From a virus, in IMG/VR virus record IMGVR_UViG_3300025108_000024, positions 1 to 64,000 of that record: DNA of 64,000 nucleotides; one strand, given 5' to 3'. Within the stretch, counting starts at the first letter, position 1, and every line of letters starts with the position of its first letter. The position numbers and the translations under genes were made by a program. This document shows, one piece after another, positions 44,501 through 53,282 of the stretch. The notes under the pieces were generated by a model, which saw nothing but the letters and a program-made list of their open reading frames with translations, ran no database searches and was not told the DNA's origin.

Positions 44501-46586
44501 AAGTCTCTTGACCTTTTACTGCAGAAATAGCATAACCAACACCAACAAGACCTGCTATCAAAGCAGCTCCATTTCTTATTAATTTATTTTGTGGGTGATT
44601 TTCTGATTTTACAAAGTAACCATTTGCTTCACCACTTAACTCACCATAAATTCTTGTTTCATAAGCATTTAAAAAAGGCTTTCTAAACATTAAATCAGGT
44701 GCGTGAAAAGTAAACACATCTTTTTTATATCCAGTTAAAGGAGCAAAAGCAGCTTTTGATTGTGTATAATTATGTTGACCATCAGTTCTATAGTTACTAT
44801 TTCCATTGTGAAAATATGTATCAGGTCTTAAATCATTGTATGGATAATTAGGATACAAACCTTTAGAACCTGTACCTGTTGTTTGACCACCTTCAGGAAT
44901 ATCATATTCCCTCATATTTCTAAGCAAGCCTTTTGCAAGAATAGATCTTTGACCCTCTCTTGATCCTCTTAATATTTCATAACCAACTATATTTTCTATT
45001 AGGTTACCATCATTGTTGACTGGAGCTTGAATGTCTTCAAACGCTACACCTAGTATTCTAATTTTAGTTGCATCAGAATTTGTTAAACGCACTTCATCTG
45101 CTGTTTCTTCCGTTGGCATTTTATGATGTCTTATAGGTAAGCCACATAAATCCTCCCAAATATCTGGTCTAATAGGATTATATTTTTCTGTTGACTCCCA
45201 ATAACCCATATCTCCATTTGCTATTAAAACACCACCATCAACAAGTGGTACATTAGTAGTCTGTAATTTCTGAGCTGTATTGTAAACTTGCCAATTTTTT
45301 TCATCAATAGATAATGCATTTAAATTTCCCGTTGCACTTCCTGTTTCATTTATAGATTGTTGAAACTGAGTAAATCCATTAGTTCTTGGTGCTCTACCCG
45401 GTATGTGATAAGATGAAGATCTTTCACCTGTATTATATATCCATCTAATAAAAAAAGCATATTGTTCATCACGCATTAAACCAGTCTTGTTACCACCTTT
45501 TAGATAATAATCTGATTCATATTCTACTATTGTCCACTTTGCTTTTATTTTATTTGCTAAAGGTTGATAATTAAAATCAAACTGTTCATAAGGACCTTTA
45601 CGTATTAGGTAATCATTTACTACAAACATAGCATCTGATTTTTCATATGCTGGATTGCGTAAAGGAATTAATTCTAAAGGTACAGTTACCAAAGAAGGAT
45701 CTATATAATCAACTTCTACAAATTGTGTTTCTGTACTGTATAAACCTATTCTTTTTGCTACTTGTGCTTCTTGATTATTAGAAAGTATTACTAACTCATA
45801 AAAATCAAATTCTTTATCTAGGTTTGATACATTGATAGATAAACCACCGCTTGTTCCCTGGTGATCAAATAATGATTGAAGATTTGAGATACCTATGTAG
45901 TCTGTTACTTTTTGCTCATTAACTGTGTATGCTATGAATGCTTGATACATTCCATTTCTTAATTGACCACCACTCTCTGCTTTTGAAAGGTTAACGCAAG
46001 GTGTGTCTAATAAAGGTGCTAATCTAATTTTTTCACAATCTAATTCTGTTGTGTCCTCATAGATAACACAGGGATCATTTCCTGAAGTTACTATTTGTTT
46101 CCATGGTACGTTGTCTATGTTTAAAACTCTAGATGGATTATTACCATCATCCCAATAAGTTGACCAAGTGCAATCAAAATTTTCTTTAGCTGCTCCTTGT
46201 ATTAAATAGTTTCTATTAAAATTAAGACAGGGTGCATTAACAATTATTTCATATTTGCACATGCTATCATCAAACCTACCTATTTCTGAATTTGTATCAT
46301 TAGTAGAATAAATAACCCATTGATCTGCATATAAGTGAATTGCTCCTATTATTGTATAAGGGGCACTACCACATTCTATATTTGCTGGTTCATTTCCCAA
46401 TGTAGCAATATCACCATCAACTGAATTATTTATAGCATTTCTTGCATGAGACCATGATTCTTTTGCTTGAAAAGAAGCATTAGTGTCTTTCACCATTCCT
46501 TTTAAAAAAGTCCTGATGTCAACACTTGACGTGTTTTGCATTCTTGGTTGTGCTGCTTGTGAGCGTGCTCTTCTTTTCTTTGCCAT
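41514..46586 (-). CDS. Tail stabilisation / muzzle protein (crAss-like)
   Basis: N-terminal KGMVKD..ARNA..GNEP beta-propeller-type start, C-terminal WTVSYD..WISFHDW; 1690 aa; position after ring proteins. Confidence 0.75.
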   Translation of the reverse strand: MAKKRRARSQAAQPRMQNTSSVDIRTFLKGMVKDTNASFQAKESWSHARNAINNSVDGDIATLGNEPANIECGSAPYTIIGAIHLYADQWVIYSTNDTNSEIGRFDDSMCKYEIIVNAPCLNFNRNYLIQGAAKENFDCTWSTYWDDGNNPSRVLNIDNVPWKQIVTSGNDPCVIYEDTTELDCEKIRLAPLLDTPCVNLSKAESGGQLRNGMYQAFIAYTVNEQKVTDYIGISNLQSLFDHQGTSGGLSINVSNLDKEFDFYELVILSNNQEAQVAKRIGLYSTETQFVEVDYIDPSLVTVPLELIPLRNPAYEKSDAMFVVNDYLIRKGPYEQFDFNYQPLANKIKAKWTIVEYESDYYLKGGNKTGLMRDEQYAFFIRWIYNTGERSSSYHIPGRAPRTNGFTQFQQSINETGSATGNLNALSIDEKNWQVYNTAQKLQTTNVPLVDGGVLIANGDMGYWESTEKYNPIRPDIWEDLCGLPIRHHKMPTEETADEVRLTNSDATKIRILGVAFEDIQAPVNNDGNLIENIVGYEILRGSREGQRSILAKGLLRNMREYDIPEGGQTTGTGSKGLYPNYPYNDLRPDTYFHNGNSNYRTDGQHNYTQSKAAFAPLTGYKKDVFTFHAPDLMFRKPFLNAYETRIYGELSGEANGYFVKSENHPQNKLIRNGAALIAGLVGVGYAISAVKGQETYEYTGLSNGMSGVFPDLVGGFATSIPGTGYLTSVAASAAGAGVAVAKNAIGNALLNELLSDLTSIASLYSGGGFANKLNLQLQNVANNGFASIPGVDSGQYNTKYEIKNPTGAIPTVINVFLSAIIARTNIAIGAQEIIDLFYNMVKEQDFAFKHNSHGFYYEFKRLLDSQQYRTKTINANYVGGSFQEFNGYKINNLFRPLTVALATEDEVDIPTVVDKSRYQIGGDADSDTGDTYLRRPGQERKRNISALYGGIKFEFENQYGQLDGIKQIHMRGCIELIEPVSTQQKFNSQPIFSGDTYVGRFTEKTVMPIFTDFLNGQPNEFAYDYLKRVNIPYPRFWMDTRKFDTAELASEIISLGLTNSENAMPNDLFYLDRGTNSTASGLQAVFGNGSDPNHAFAMTYAYMYTHVNGVQDFYVESEYNLAQRDWGDNSYERHYDEFSFTDKDEMFHADHIKKGNLYKYDLSLSPSKFVTQVVSFGSVQPRDYDPYVAENCYQYYPKRLLYSLQAKLEAKKDFWRVFLPNNYKDFKSKVNVIKPISKTGALILFPYQSPKMLQGVDTLQTDMGTKLTVGDGGLFNQPFQNIVNSDLSNEYGSSESARGVVNTPMGVFFVSQAQGKIFHYTGKLENIANNGMKQWFNKYLPSILIRQFPALEQSPLSDNPIKGVGCQTIYDPNYDIVYFTKTDYKLRESYLCDDGRSGYDPFRTKGPQGGCVEFNTITNSFIYFPETGGEIEIEIGDPVFFQQASWTVSYDPKTRAWISFHDWHPELVIPSINHFFTTKTRLSDGTGGIWRHNATCAQYVNYYGKDYPWEVEIIENTGNKVNTLRSVEYMLESYVYGGDLLNGCADDRWHDLDFNFDEAIIHNTEQVSGLLKLDLTPKNDPFAMVQYPVIGFNDMRILYSKEEQKYRFNQFWDVTMDRGEFSTVQQNIFITQVNGYIRDLNNANLNYAKEETQHKRFRHYYNKVLLRRRISGDRKMLLKLATTKLNLSIR

Positions 46587-46590
46587 GATT

Positions 46591-47472
46591 TTATCCTAAT
46601 GTAGGTCCGCTTTTAAACATATTGTAATAATTGTGGTATTGTGCTTTTCTATTTACTTCCCACATTTTTTTAAGCTCTGCAAAATCAGGGGTGTTAACAA
46701 ATGACAATGCATTATTTCTTGAAGCTCTTAATCTCCCTTCTATAAGGCCTAATTGATTACTAACATTTTCTCCATTAAAAATCATGTTTTCTAATATTCT
46801 TTGTTTTAATGCATATTCATAATATTCATTACAATATGGATGATCTAAAACTAATAGTCTTCCATCAGCATCTTCCATTGCACCTTGAAAATTAATATAT
46901 ACTTTACCGGTCTTAAAGTTTGTTTTTAAAAAACCATCTTTAATCTCTCCTACCATTTCAGACCGTACATTAATATTAGGACAATCACATGTAGCATCAT
47001 TGACGTTAGCTATACGTAAAGACTCAAAAGCAGTATAACTTCTATACTCCCCGGCTCCTACTTTTTGTACTAATTTATGGCCTGTTCCATTATCACATTC
47101 TTTTACTATACATACATCATTACACCCAGGATCTTCACATGGACCTGAGCTACCTGGAGCAGGAACATAATCTACAGCAACATCTTCTACATGTGTGCCT
47201 GATGGCATACTCTGTTGTACTGTATAGCTGCCACATATAAATGCATAATTTAAATATGCAAAATCATGTGGTAGTTTAGCTTTTCCATGCTCTATGTCTA
47301 ATACTACTTGTTTTGTTCTATGAATCCTTATTCCTAAGTCATAGTTTACTCTTGTTGCTACTTTAATCAACTGAGCAGAATCTATCATTCCATCTAACGC
47401 ATAGCTGGAAAAATCAATAGATACATCTTCCATTAAACTATCAAACGTTCTGTATTTATGTGATATTGCCAT
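46591..47472 (-). CDS. Tail ring/tubular protein
   Basis: IEHGKAKLPHDF, FKTGKVYINF, DADGRLLVLD..EYALK pattern; synteny upstream of the muzzle gene. Confidence 0.65.
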   Translation of the reverse strand: MAISHKYRTFDSLMEDVSIDFSSYALDGMIDSAQLIKVATRVNYDLGIRIHRTKQVVLDIEHGKAKLPHDFAYLNYAFICGSYTVQQSMPSGTHVEDVAVDYVPAPGSSGPCEDPGCNDVCIVKECDNGTGHKLVQKVGAGEYRSYTAFESLRIANVNDATCDCPNINVRSEMVGEIKDGFLKTNFKTGKVYINFQGAMEDADGRLLVLDHPYCNEYYEYALKQRILENMIFNGENVSNQLGLIEGRLRASRNNALSFVNTPDFAELKKMWEVNRKAQYHNYYNMFKSGPTLG

Positions 47473-48143
47473 TATCTATGTAAATTAATTTTGTTATCTG
47501 AATCTTCTGCTGGTATCTTTAGTGTATTCATCATTACAGCAAGAACCTGTTGTTCTATTTCTGCAAACAATGCTTCTGGTATATTCATCTCATGTTCATA
47601 CCTTGGCTTACAATCATCTTCTGAGTTACATAACCAATCAGATATATCATCATCAAAAACACCTTCTAGCTTTATTGCATCCCATTCTATATTTGGGAAG
47701 TATAAATAGCCGTTCAAATACCAAAAATATTTTTGATTGTTATATCTAAAAGATGTTGTTTTAGTCATAGAAGTATAAGTACCGGGATGAGTTGCTTGTA
47801 GCTCAATAGATCCATCAATAGAACTTACTGTTCTAATTAGTGGTCCCCAATAACCTTGCAACATATTAGGTAATTTAATCTTTGTACGTTTTATTGTACA
47901 TCCAGATTGTATACCTGTACACTCTGCCTCTACTTTGTCTACTTCTATTAATTCAATAAATGGGAGTGATTTCCATATTGCATTAAATTTCATAAGCTTA
48001 TTTGCACTGTCTTGTCTTCTGATTAGAAGTTGTGCAAACTTTTGTATCAAGCTATATACATATCTGTCGGTAACAAAAGCATCTTGTACTTCTGCTTTAA
48101 CTTGACCTCTTATTCTTGATATTACTGATCCTATACTTGTCAT
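47472..48143 (-). CDS. Tail ring/structural protein
   Basis: IELIEVD..EC..C..KRTK.KLP and YFWYLNGYLYF pattern; synteny in the crAss-like tail module. Confidence 0.65.
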   Translation of the reverse strand: MTSIGSVISRIRGQVKAEVQDAFVTDRYVYSLIQKFAQLLIRRQDSANKLMKFNAIWKSLPFIELIEVDKVEAECTGIQSGCTIKRTKIKLPNMLQGYWGPLIRTVSSIDGSIELQATHPGTYTSMTKTTSFRYNNQKYFWYLNGYLYFPNIEWDAIKLEGVFDDDISDWLCNSEDDCKPRYEHEMNIPEALFAEIEQQVLAVMMNTLKIPAEDSDNKINLHR

Positions 48144-48148
48144 GATGT

Positions 48149-48715
48149 TTATGTTTCAAATTCATCATAGTCCTTAAGTTTGTTATTAGTACTTTCTGAA
48201 TTTGGATCATACAGATGTGAAACTTTCATTTTGTTTTGCATCTTAATGTATTTTGTCCAGTTAGTTGGATATTCTTGTGCAACTGATCTTTTAAAATCTC
48301 TGCAGGCAACAAATGACCACAGCTCTCTATTTTTAAATCTATATTTTGTTGACCAATTTGTATAAAATATTTTACCAATGTTACCGTCCGTATTCCAATT
48401 TTTATTTCTCAGTACCTTACCATATTCATTTGATTTGGAATAATCAATGTTTACATTCTTTGCCGGTGGGCAAGTTCCTATAAACAAATAACCTAATGAA
48501 TCTGGCATTTCCACTCCGTCTCTATGTTTTATTACGCCTTCCCATAATCCTCTATTATATAATTTTATTATTTGTTTTAATTTAGTATTATTTATATTAG
48601 AGTATAATGGTCTCTTCTCTTTAAATTCTTTAAATGTTTCTTTGTTTAGTAAACCTAAAGTCTTTCTCCTATATCTAGGAGCTGTCAGATCAGGTTTTTT
48701 GAAATTACTAATCAT
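48149..48715 (-). CDS. IHF/HU-like DNA-binding protein (crAss-like structural module)
   Basis: IIKLYN..VIKHRDGVEMPDSLGYLFI and F.ACRDFKR HU-fold pattern; basic; typical position. Confidence 0.6.
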   Translation of the reverse strand: MISNFKKPDLTAPRYRRKTLGLLNKETFKEFKEKRPLYSNINNTKLKQIIKLYNRGLWEGVIKHRDGVEMPDSLGYLFIGTCPPAKNVNIDYSKSNEYGKVLRNKNWNTDGNIGKIFYTNWSTKYRFKNRELWSFVACRDFKRSVAQEYPTNWTKYIKMQNKMKVSHLYDPNSESTNNKLKDYDEFET

Positions 48716-48727
48716 AGTTTATATTAT

Positions 48728-48757
48728 TAATTTACAAAAAAAACAGCACTTATGAAA
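48728..48757 (-). promoter_or_regulatory. Putative promoter (TTTGTAAATTA)
   Basis: One mismatch to the recurrent motif, just upstream of ATG 48715. Confidence 0.5.
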
Positions 48758-48772
48758 GTTTCACGTGCTGTT
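48736..48772 (-). terminator. Intrinsic terminator after the metallophosphoesterase gene
   Basis: AACAGCAC...GTGCTGTT stem with inner TGAAA/TTTCA, followed by a T run on the minus strand. Confidence 0.75.
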
Positions 48773-48774
48773 CT

Positions 48775-50007
48775 TTAGATTGCTTGATAGGTTAATTCAC
48801 AAATGTTACCCATTATAGGGTGTTGTAGTTCTAGTTTACCGGATCTTCTATTACATACATATTTATTAGAGTAATGATAATAATCCGTTTTACCCAGACT
48901 AGGTAAAGTTTTTTCTATAAAACCTGCTGTTTCATTAGAAGTCATATATTCTACTCTTCTATCTGTATGAATGTGTCCTTTGAATAATGATCTGTTTATA
49001 GTAGCTCCCCATTGTTTGGGGTATTCACTAGCATATATTAAAGGATTATTTTTACTTCTTTTATCTCCGTGTTCAAAAGCGTTAAAGTTATTACCAAATA
49101 CATGGACTTTTCTTTCCTCATATTTAATATCCCAAACTATTTCTTTTGATTTTATAGAGTTAGCTAAAGCATGTACCAAATGAAATGAAGATAATCTGTC
49201 ATGATTTCCAGGTACATATACAATTACTAGTTCCTTACAAAAAGCTTTGATATAATTAATAGCCCAGTGCATAGCATCAAATGCCTGCATATAAGCTTCT
49301 GTTGCAGACATACAGTTATCTAGACCAGTTCCACTTGTTGTTGTACCATCAAATGTGTCCATGTTTATTAAATCACCACCTACAACAAAATACATTTTTT
49401 CTATATAGTGTGAAGTAACTGCTCTTTGTATAAGATTTTTTACTGTATCTTCAAAGTCTTTATCTATTGTATCATTACCTTCTTTTCCAAAATGAATGTC
49501 TTGTAAAGACATAACACCACATACAAGCTCTCTGTTGCTCTTTTTAATCTTTGATGATGGTATTGTATAAGTCTTAGGCTTCCATCTTTCTAGAAGCTCT
49601 TTAAATAGTTTTTCCTCTGGATTTTTAACTTGTGATACTAAAGCAGATACTCTCCAGTGATCACCCATTTGTTTATTCCAATACTGAGACAGCTTCCACT
49701 TATCAGTATCTATTTTTAGCAATTGAATTATTTCTTCTGCACTTTTAGGTTCATGATCAAAGGTACCTGATATCTTACCCTCTCCTTTTTCTAAATCTAT
49801 TGCTTCTGCTATTTCAGCATTTTTAGATGCTAAACCAAAAAACTTACGTTTTTTTCTATCTTTTTTCCTTTCAGTTTTTCTTTCTTGTAATACTTCTTCT
49901 TTAAGTTTAATGTACTCAGCTTCACTAATACCCAGTCTTTTACTACTGATAGAAGGATGCTTTTTCCATTTTAAACTTTCTTTTACTTTTTGCTTTATGC
50001 TTGCCAT
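48775..50007 (-). CDS. Calcineurin-like metallophosphoesterase
   Basis: DIHFG, GGDL, PGNHD, EHGD, GHIH motifs. Confidence 0.9.
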   Translation of the reverse strand: MASIKQKVKESLKWKKHPSISSKRLGISEAEYIKLKEEVLQERKTERKKDRKKRKFFGLASKNAEIAEAIDLEKGEGKISGTFDHEPKSAEEIIQLLKIDTDKWKLSQYWNKQMGDHWRVSALVSQVKNPEEKLFKELLERWKPKTYTIPSSKIKKSNRELVCGVMSLQDIHFGKEGNDTIDKDFEDTVKNLIQRAVTSHYIEKMYFVVGGDLINMDTFDGTTTSGTGLDNCMSATEAYMQAFDAMHWAINYIKAFCKELVIVYVPGNHDRLSSFHLVHALANSIKSKEIVWDIKYEERKVHVFGNNFNAFEHGDKRSKNNPLIYASEYPKQWGATINRSLFKGHIHTDRRVEYMTSNETAGFIEKTLPSLGKTDYYHYSNKYVCNRRSGKLELQHPIMGNICELTYQAI

Positions 50008-50028
50008 AATAAAAATTTAAAGGTTTTC

Positions 50029-50036
50029 CAAATATA
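50029..50036 (-). promoter_or_regulatory. Canonical Bacteroidota -7 box TATATTTG
   Basis: Exact TAnnTTTG about 21 nt upstream of ATG 50007. Confidence 0.6.
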
Positions 50037-50050
50037 TTAAAAATTTTTAT

Positions 50051-50082
50051 AAAAAAAAAGAAGGCCCCCGTAGGGACCTTCT
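50051..50082 (-). terminator. Intrinsic terminator
   Basis: AGAAGGTCCC-TACG-GGGGCCTTCT then a T run; cUACGg tetraloop. A second 8-bp hairpin (50091-50118) lies just upstream. Confidence 0.9.
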
Positions 50083-50126
50083 CCAACGTCAGTAGTAGAA
50101 AACCAACAAACCACTACTTCTTGTTG

Positions 50127-50714
50127 TTAAGCTAATGTACTTACTAAAATTTCTACAGAAGAACATGTTGATGCTCCTGCAATTGCAAGTATTTTAAATT
50201 TATATTCTGTGTCTGGTAATAGATTAGTTACTTCAAATGTTGTTTCTGTAGGAACTATAACTGCTGTATTTGCTTGAACCCATCCTGTTGGTGTTACAAC
50301 AGTATCAAAATAAATATTAAATCCTGTACTTAAAGAAGATATACCATCCCAAACAATTGTTAGTTTGTTATTATTCACTGCTTCTGAATAAACGTTATAT
50401 GGTGCATGATGTACATTATCTGCAGTACATGCTCCTAAACCGTTAGCAATCATTAAAGCAAATTTTTGTACAATTTGATCTAATCTTTCTCCTGATTGAA
50501 TTTTTAATAAACCAGATGCGGTCTCTATTTGAAAAGTACTACCACAATAACTTACACATTCAGTACACTGAACATCATGACACCTTTCATTTCCTGTTGT
50601 ACATAAACTGTAACCACAAGGACCAGATGGAGTTACATCTTTGCAACCACATGGTATATTAGAACAACCACAATCATGTTGTTTTATATTGTTATTATCT
50701 TCCCTATCTCCCAT
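50127..50714 (-). CDS. Cys-rich structural protein with C-terminal fibronectin type III domain
   Basis: CGCSNIPCGC..CVSYCG; LTIVWD..FNIY..VTNLLPDTEYKFKI. Confidence 0.8.
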   Translation of the reverse strand: MGDREDNNNIKQHDCGCSNIPCGCKDVTPSGPCGYSLCTTGNERCHDVQCTECVSYCGSTFQIETASGLLKIQSGERLDQIVQKFALMIANGLGACTADNVHHAPYNVYSEAVNNNKLTIVWDGISSLSTGFNIYFDTVVTPTGWVQANTAVIVPTETTFEVTNLLPDTEYKFKILAIAGASTCSSVEILVSTLA

Positions 50715-50732
50715 TTTTAATTTTTTAATATT

Positions 50733-52817
50733 TTATATAAATTCACTGTCATCAATAGTCCATGAAGTTGTTCCACCATTTGTACCTCCTGGAGACGTTA
50801 TTCTAATCCATACTACACTACTAGTTGATTGGGCTTTAGTAAAACTAAATTCAAAATGACCATCACTATGTAAACAAGTATTTGGTGTTTCACCAAAACA
50901 TTGACCAGTACCTCCTATCTGGAAGTTATTTGAACCACCTCTTGCCTGTCCATTTGGATTAGCAACTGTTTTAGAAGTTGTATTATTACAAACGATAGAG
51001 TCTATTATTTGAATTGTTACTGTTCCCGTTCCTGTCTGATCCCATTCATTTTGTCCTCCAGCATTTCCATTACCAGCACCTACATAATTAAATTGATCTA
51101 GACCTTGATAAACCCCGTTCTGTGGATTAGTAGCAGTTACACTATCACCTACATATAAAGAGTCTGCTACTACTTGTCCTAAAGCTATATCATTTGAGGC
51201 AGAGCTATATATTGCTTGTATTCTATCTGGAACACCTTGTGCATCAAACATAACACGTAATGTACCAGGACCAGTACCAACTGTAAATCCTATTAGATAC
51301 TCACCTGCATTACCTCCTGCTGTAATATTGTCACCAGGAGAAATTCCTATTGAAGGTACATTAAATGTAACAGGATTACATCCTACTTCATTACCATTTA
51401 AGCTAACAGATATTGCAACCGAATAATTTGTATCATCAACTAAATTTGTCAATTGTATTGTTGCATTTACTGGTAGACCACTTTGACTAAATGAAGTAAG
51501 TTGAGTATTATTATCTGTATTAGTAACAACAAATAAATATACTGCAGCTGTACCTAAATAATGATTAAAGGTTATGCTTGCTGTTCCAGCATTTTCATCT
51601 ATATCAACCACCTGAACATTTTCTGGACATTGTAGAGCACCTTCAGTTGTATCTGTTACTACAGCATCACATGTATCCTGACCATCTGTAATACAAAAAT
51701 TAATTGAAGTAGTTAGTGTACCTACTGTTGTTAAACTAGTATTTGTTAAATCAAAAATATAAGGTGTTGTTGTGCCTGCATAATTTACAAATGAAAATAC
51801 GTCTTGTGCTGTAACACCATTAGAATCAGTTATTGTTATTGTTGTACTTCCTCCACAATCATTCCATCCAGATGGTATAACTGATCCTTGAAAAGTTAAT
51901 TCTACACCCGTTGGATTACCTGAATTATTAACTATTATTTCAGAATCAAAATCAAAGATTATTGAATCACATACACCAGGGCAGCAATTTAATTGTATAT
52001 CTTGTATTGCTTGGTGCATATCACATATGACAATCCAAGCATTTCCCACAGCATGTGCTAGGGTTGTAGGTGAAGCTACCCATCCAGCTACACCACCATA
52101 TGTTCCTGGTGATGAAAGCATAGGTTCAGAGCTTGTTACACAGCTTGCTTGATTTACAGCATTTCCAATTAATGGAGGTGCACCTACTGCAGTTTCTAAA
52201 TCACAGTATCTCTCTTCTAAAGCTATTAATAATACAGATGCTGCTATTGTTTGATTTTCTAATATACAACTTGAAAAAACTTGAGGATCTCCTCCTCCTA
52301 TACTACAATTACCATCTGCATCTAAAACACAGTCTTCAAGAATAGTTAATCTAATTTCATGATCTGCTAATGTAACTTGAATAATTTGTACTGCTTGAAT
52401 CAAAGTACATATCTCATCAGCAAGCAGTATTGCATATTGATCTAATGGTAATGATGTAAATTGATTTCCTTGGTCATCTGTATAAGGAGATAAACAAGCA
52501 GGAAGTGGTATAATAGGTAATTGATAACCGGGCTCATCTTCTTCATCACAAATATAATCTATGATAAATTGAAGTACGTCCTTAACTGTATCTGGTTGAG
52601 ACTGTCCTGCTGGAAGCGTACATAGTAAATCTAAACCATCTAAATTTGGTTCAGGTATTACTAGATCACAAAGTTGTTGGGCAAGGGCAGCTATTACATC
52701 AGAGACTGTATCACCTGTACACAAATCAATACATGGGATATTTGGTCCTTGCCAAATAACACAATTAGAAGATATATTTGAGCACGGTGCTGTGCTGGTT
52801 TCAGTCTTTGGTAACAT
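50733..52817 (-). CDS. Cys-rich virion structural protein with FN3-like domain
   Basis: SSNCVIWQGPNIPCI N-terminus, coiled-coil HEIRLTILE, LTNLVDDTNYSV; acidic. Confidence 0.7.
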   Translation of the reverse strand: MLPKTETSTAPCSNISSNCVIWQGPNIPCIDLCTGDTVSDVIAALAQQLCDLVIPEPNLDGLDLLCTLPAGQSQPDTVKDVLQFIIDYICDEEDEPGYQLPIIPLPACLSPYTDDQGNQFTSLPLDQYAILLADEICTLIQAVQIIQVTLADHEIRLTILEDCVLDADGNCSIGGGDPQVFSSCILENQTIAASVLLIALEERYCDLETAVGAPPLIGNAVNQASCVTSSEPMLSSPGTYGGVAGWVASPTTLAHAVGNAWIVICDMHQAIQDIQLNCCPGVCDSIIFDFDSEIIVNNSGNPTGVELTFQGSVIPSGWNDCGGSTTITITDSNGVTAQDVFSFVNYAGTTTPYIFDLTNTSLTTVGTLTTSINFCITDGQDTCDAVVTDTTEGALQCPENVQVVDIDENAGTASITFNHYLGTAAVYLFVVTNTDNNTQLTSFSQSGLPVNATIQLTNLVDDTNYSVAISVSLNGNEVGCNPVTFNVPSIGISPGDNITAGGNAGEYLIGFTVGTGPGTLRVMFDAQGVPDRIQAIYSSASNDIALGQVVADSLYVGDSVTATNPQNGVYQGLDQFNYVGAGNGNAGGQNEWDQTGTGTVTIQIIDSIVCNNTTSKTVANPNGQARGGSNNFQIGGTGQCFGETPNTCLHSDGHFEFSFTKAQSTSSVVWIRITSPGGTNGGTTSWTIDDSEFI

Positions 52818-52819
52818 AA

Positions 52820-52928
52820 ATATCCTATTTTACTACTAATTAAACTAACTAGTATACTACTTTAATATACAAAAGTTTTTGTAAACAAACAAGAAGCTTG
52901 AATACTATTAAGCAGTAAAATAGGATAT
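52820..52928 (-). repeat. Inverted repeat (15 bp perfect, 18 bp with G-U) flanking a promoter motif
   Basis: ATATCCTATTTTACT at 52820-52834 is the reverse complement of AGTAAAATAGGATAT at 52914-52928. Confidence 0.85.
52863..52893 (-). promoter_or_regulatory. Putative promoter, TTG-N20-TATATTA
   Basis: Recurrent TTTGTATATTA motif with TTG 20 nt upstream. Confidence 0.6.
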
Positions 52929-52949
52929 ATTAAAAAAGTATAGTATAGA

Positions 52950-53222
52950 TTATTCTTTTACTTTTTCTATTTCTGTAATAGATCCATCAGCTAGAGATAT
53001 ATTAACATGACCATAATTGTCTTGTAATGTACTAGTGAACTTTTGCATTTCTAATTTCATTTCTGCATGATCTTGCAGTAATTCATATTTAGCTATTTCA
53101 ATGTTAGCTAAATTATTTATAGCATTTGATAAGCTTTTTTGCAATCCTTGTAAAGTTTCTAACTCACTACTTGTAATAGTTTTAGAAACCGGTGCTGCTT
53201 TTTTTGTTGATTTTTTTGCCAT
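52950..53222 (-). CDS. Small coiled-coil protein, probable fibre assembly chaperone
   Basis: Helical hairpin ending LQDNYGHVNISLADGSI, located at the end of the fibre cluster. Confidence 0.55.
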   Translation of the reverse strand: MAKKSTKKAAPVSKTITSSELETLQGLQKSLSNAINNLANIEIAKYELLQDHAEMKLEMQKFTSTLQDNYGHVNISLADGSITEIEKVKE

Positions 53223-53249
53223 GACGCATTTGATTTATTTGTTATTATA

Positions 53250-53257
53250 CAAATATA
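53250..53257 (-). promoter_or_regulatory. Canonical Bacteroidota -7 box TATATTTG
   Basis: Exact TAnnTTTG about 27 nt upstream of ATG 53222. Confidence 0.55.
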
Positions 53258-53282
53258 GTAAATTAATTTTAATTTCCTTTTA

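Noticed and set aside
9345-48715. Many short plus-strand and alternate-frame ORFs inside the large genes
   Set aside because: Fully nested in long coding genes, low-complexity antisense composition, no recognisable motifs.
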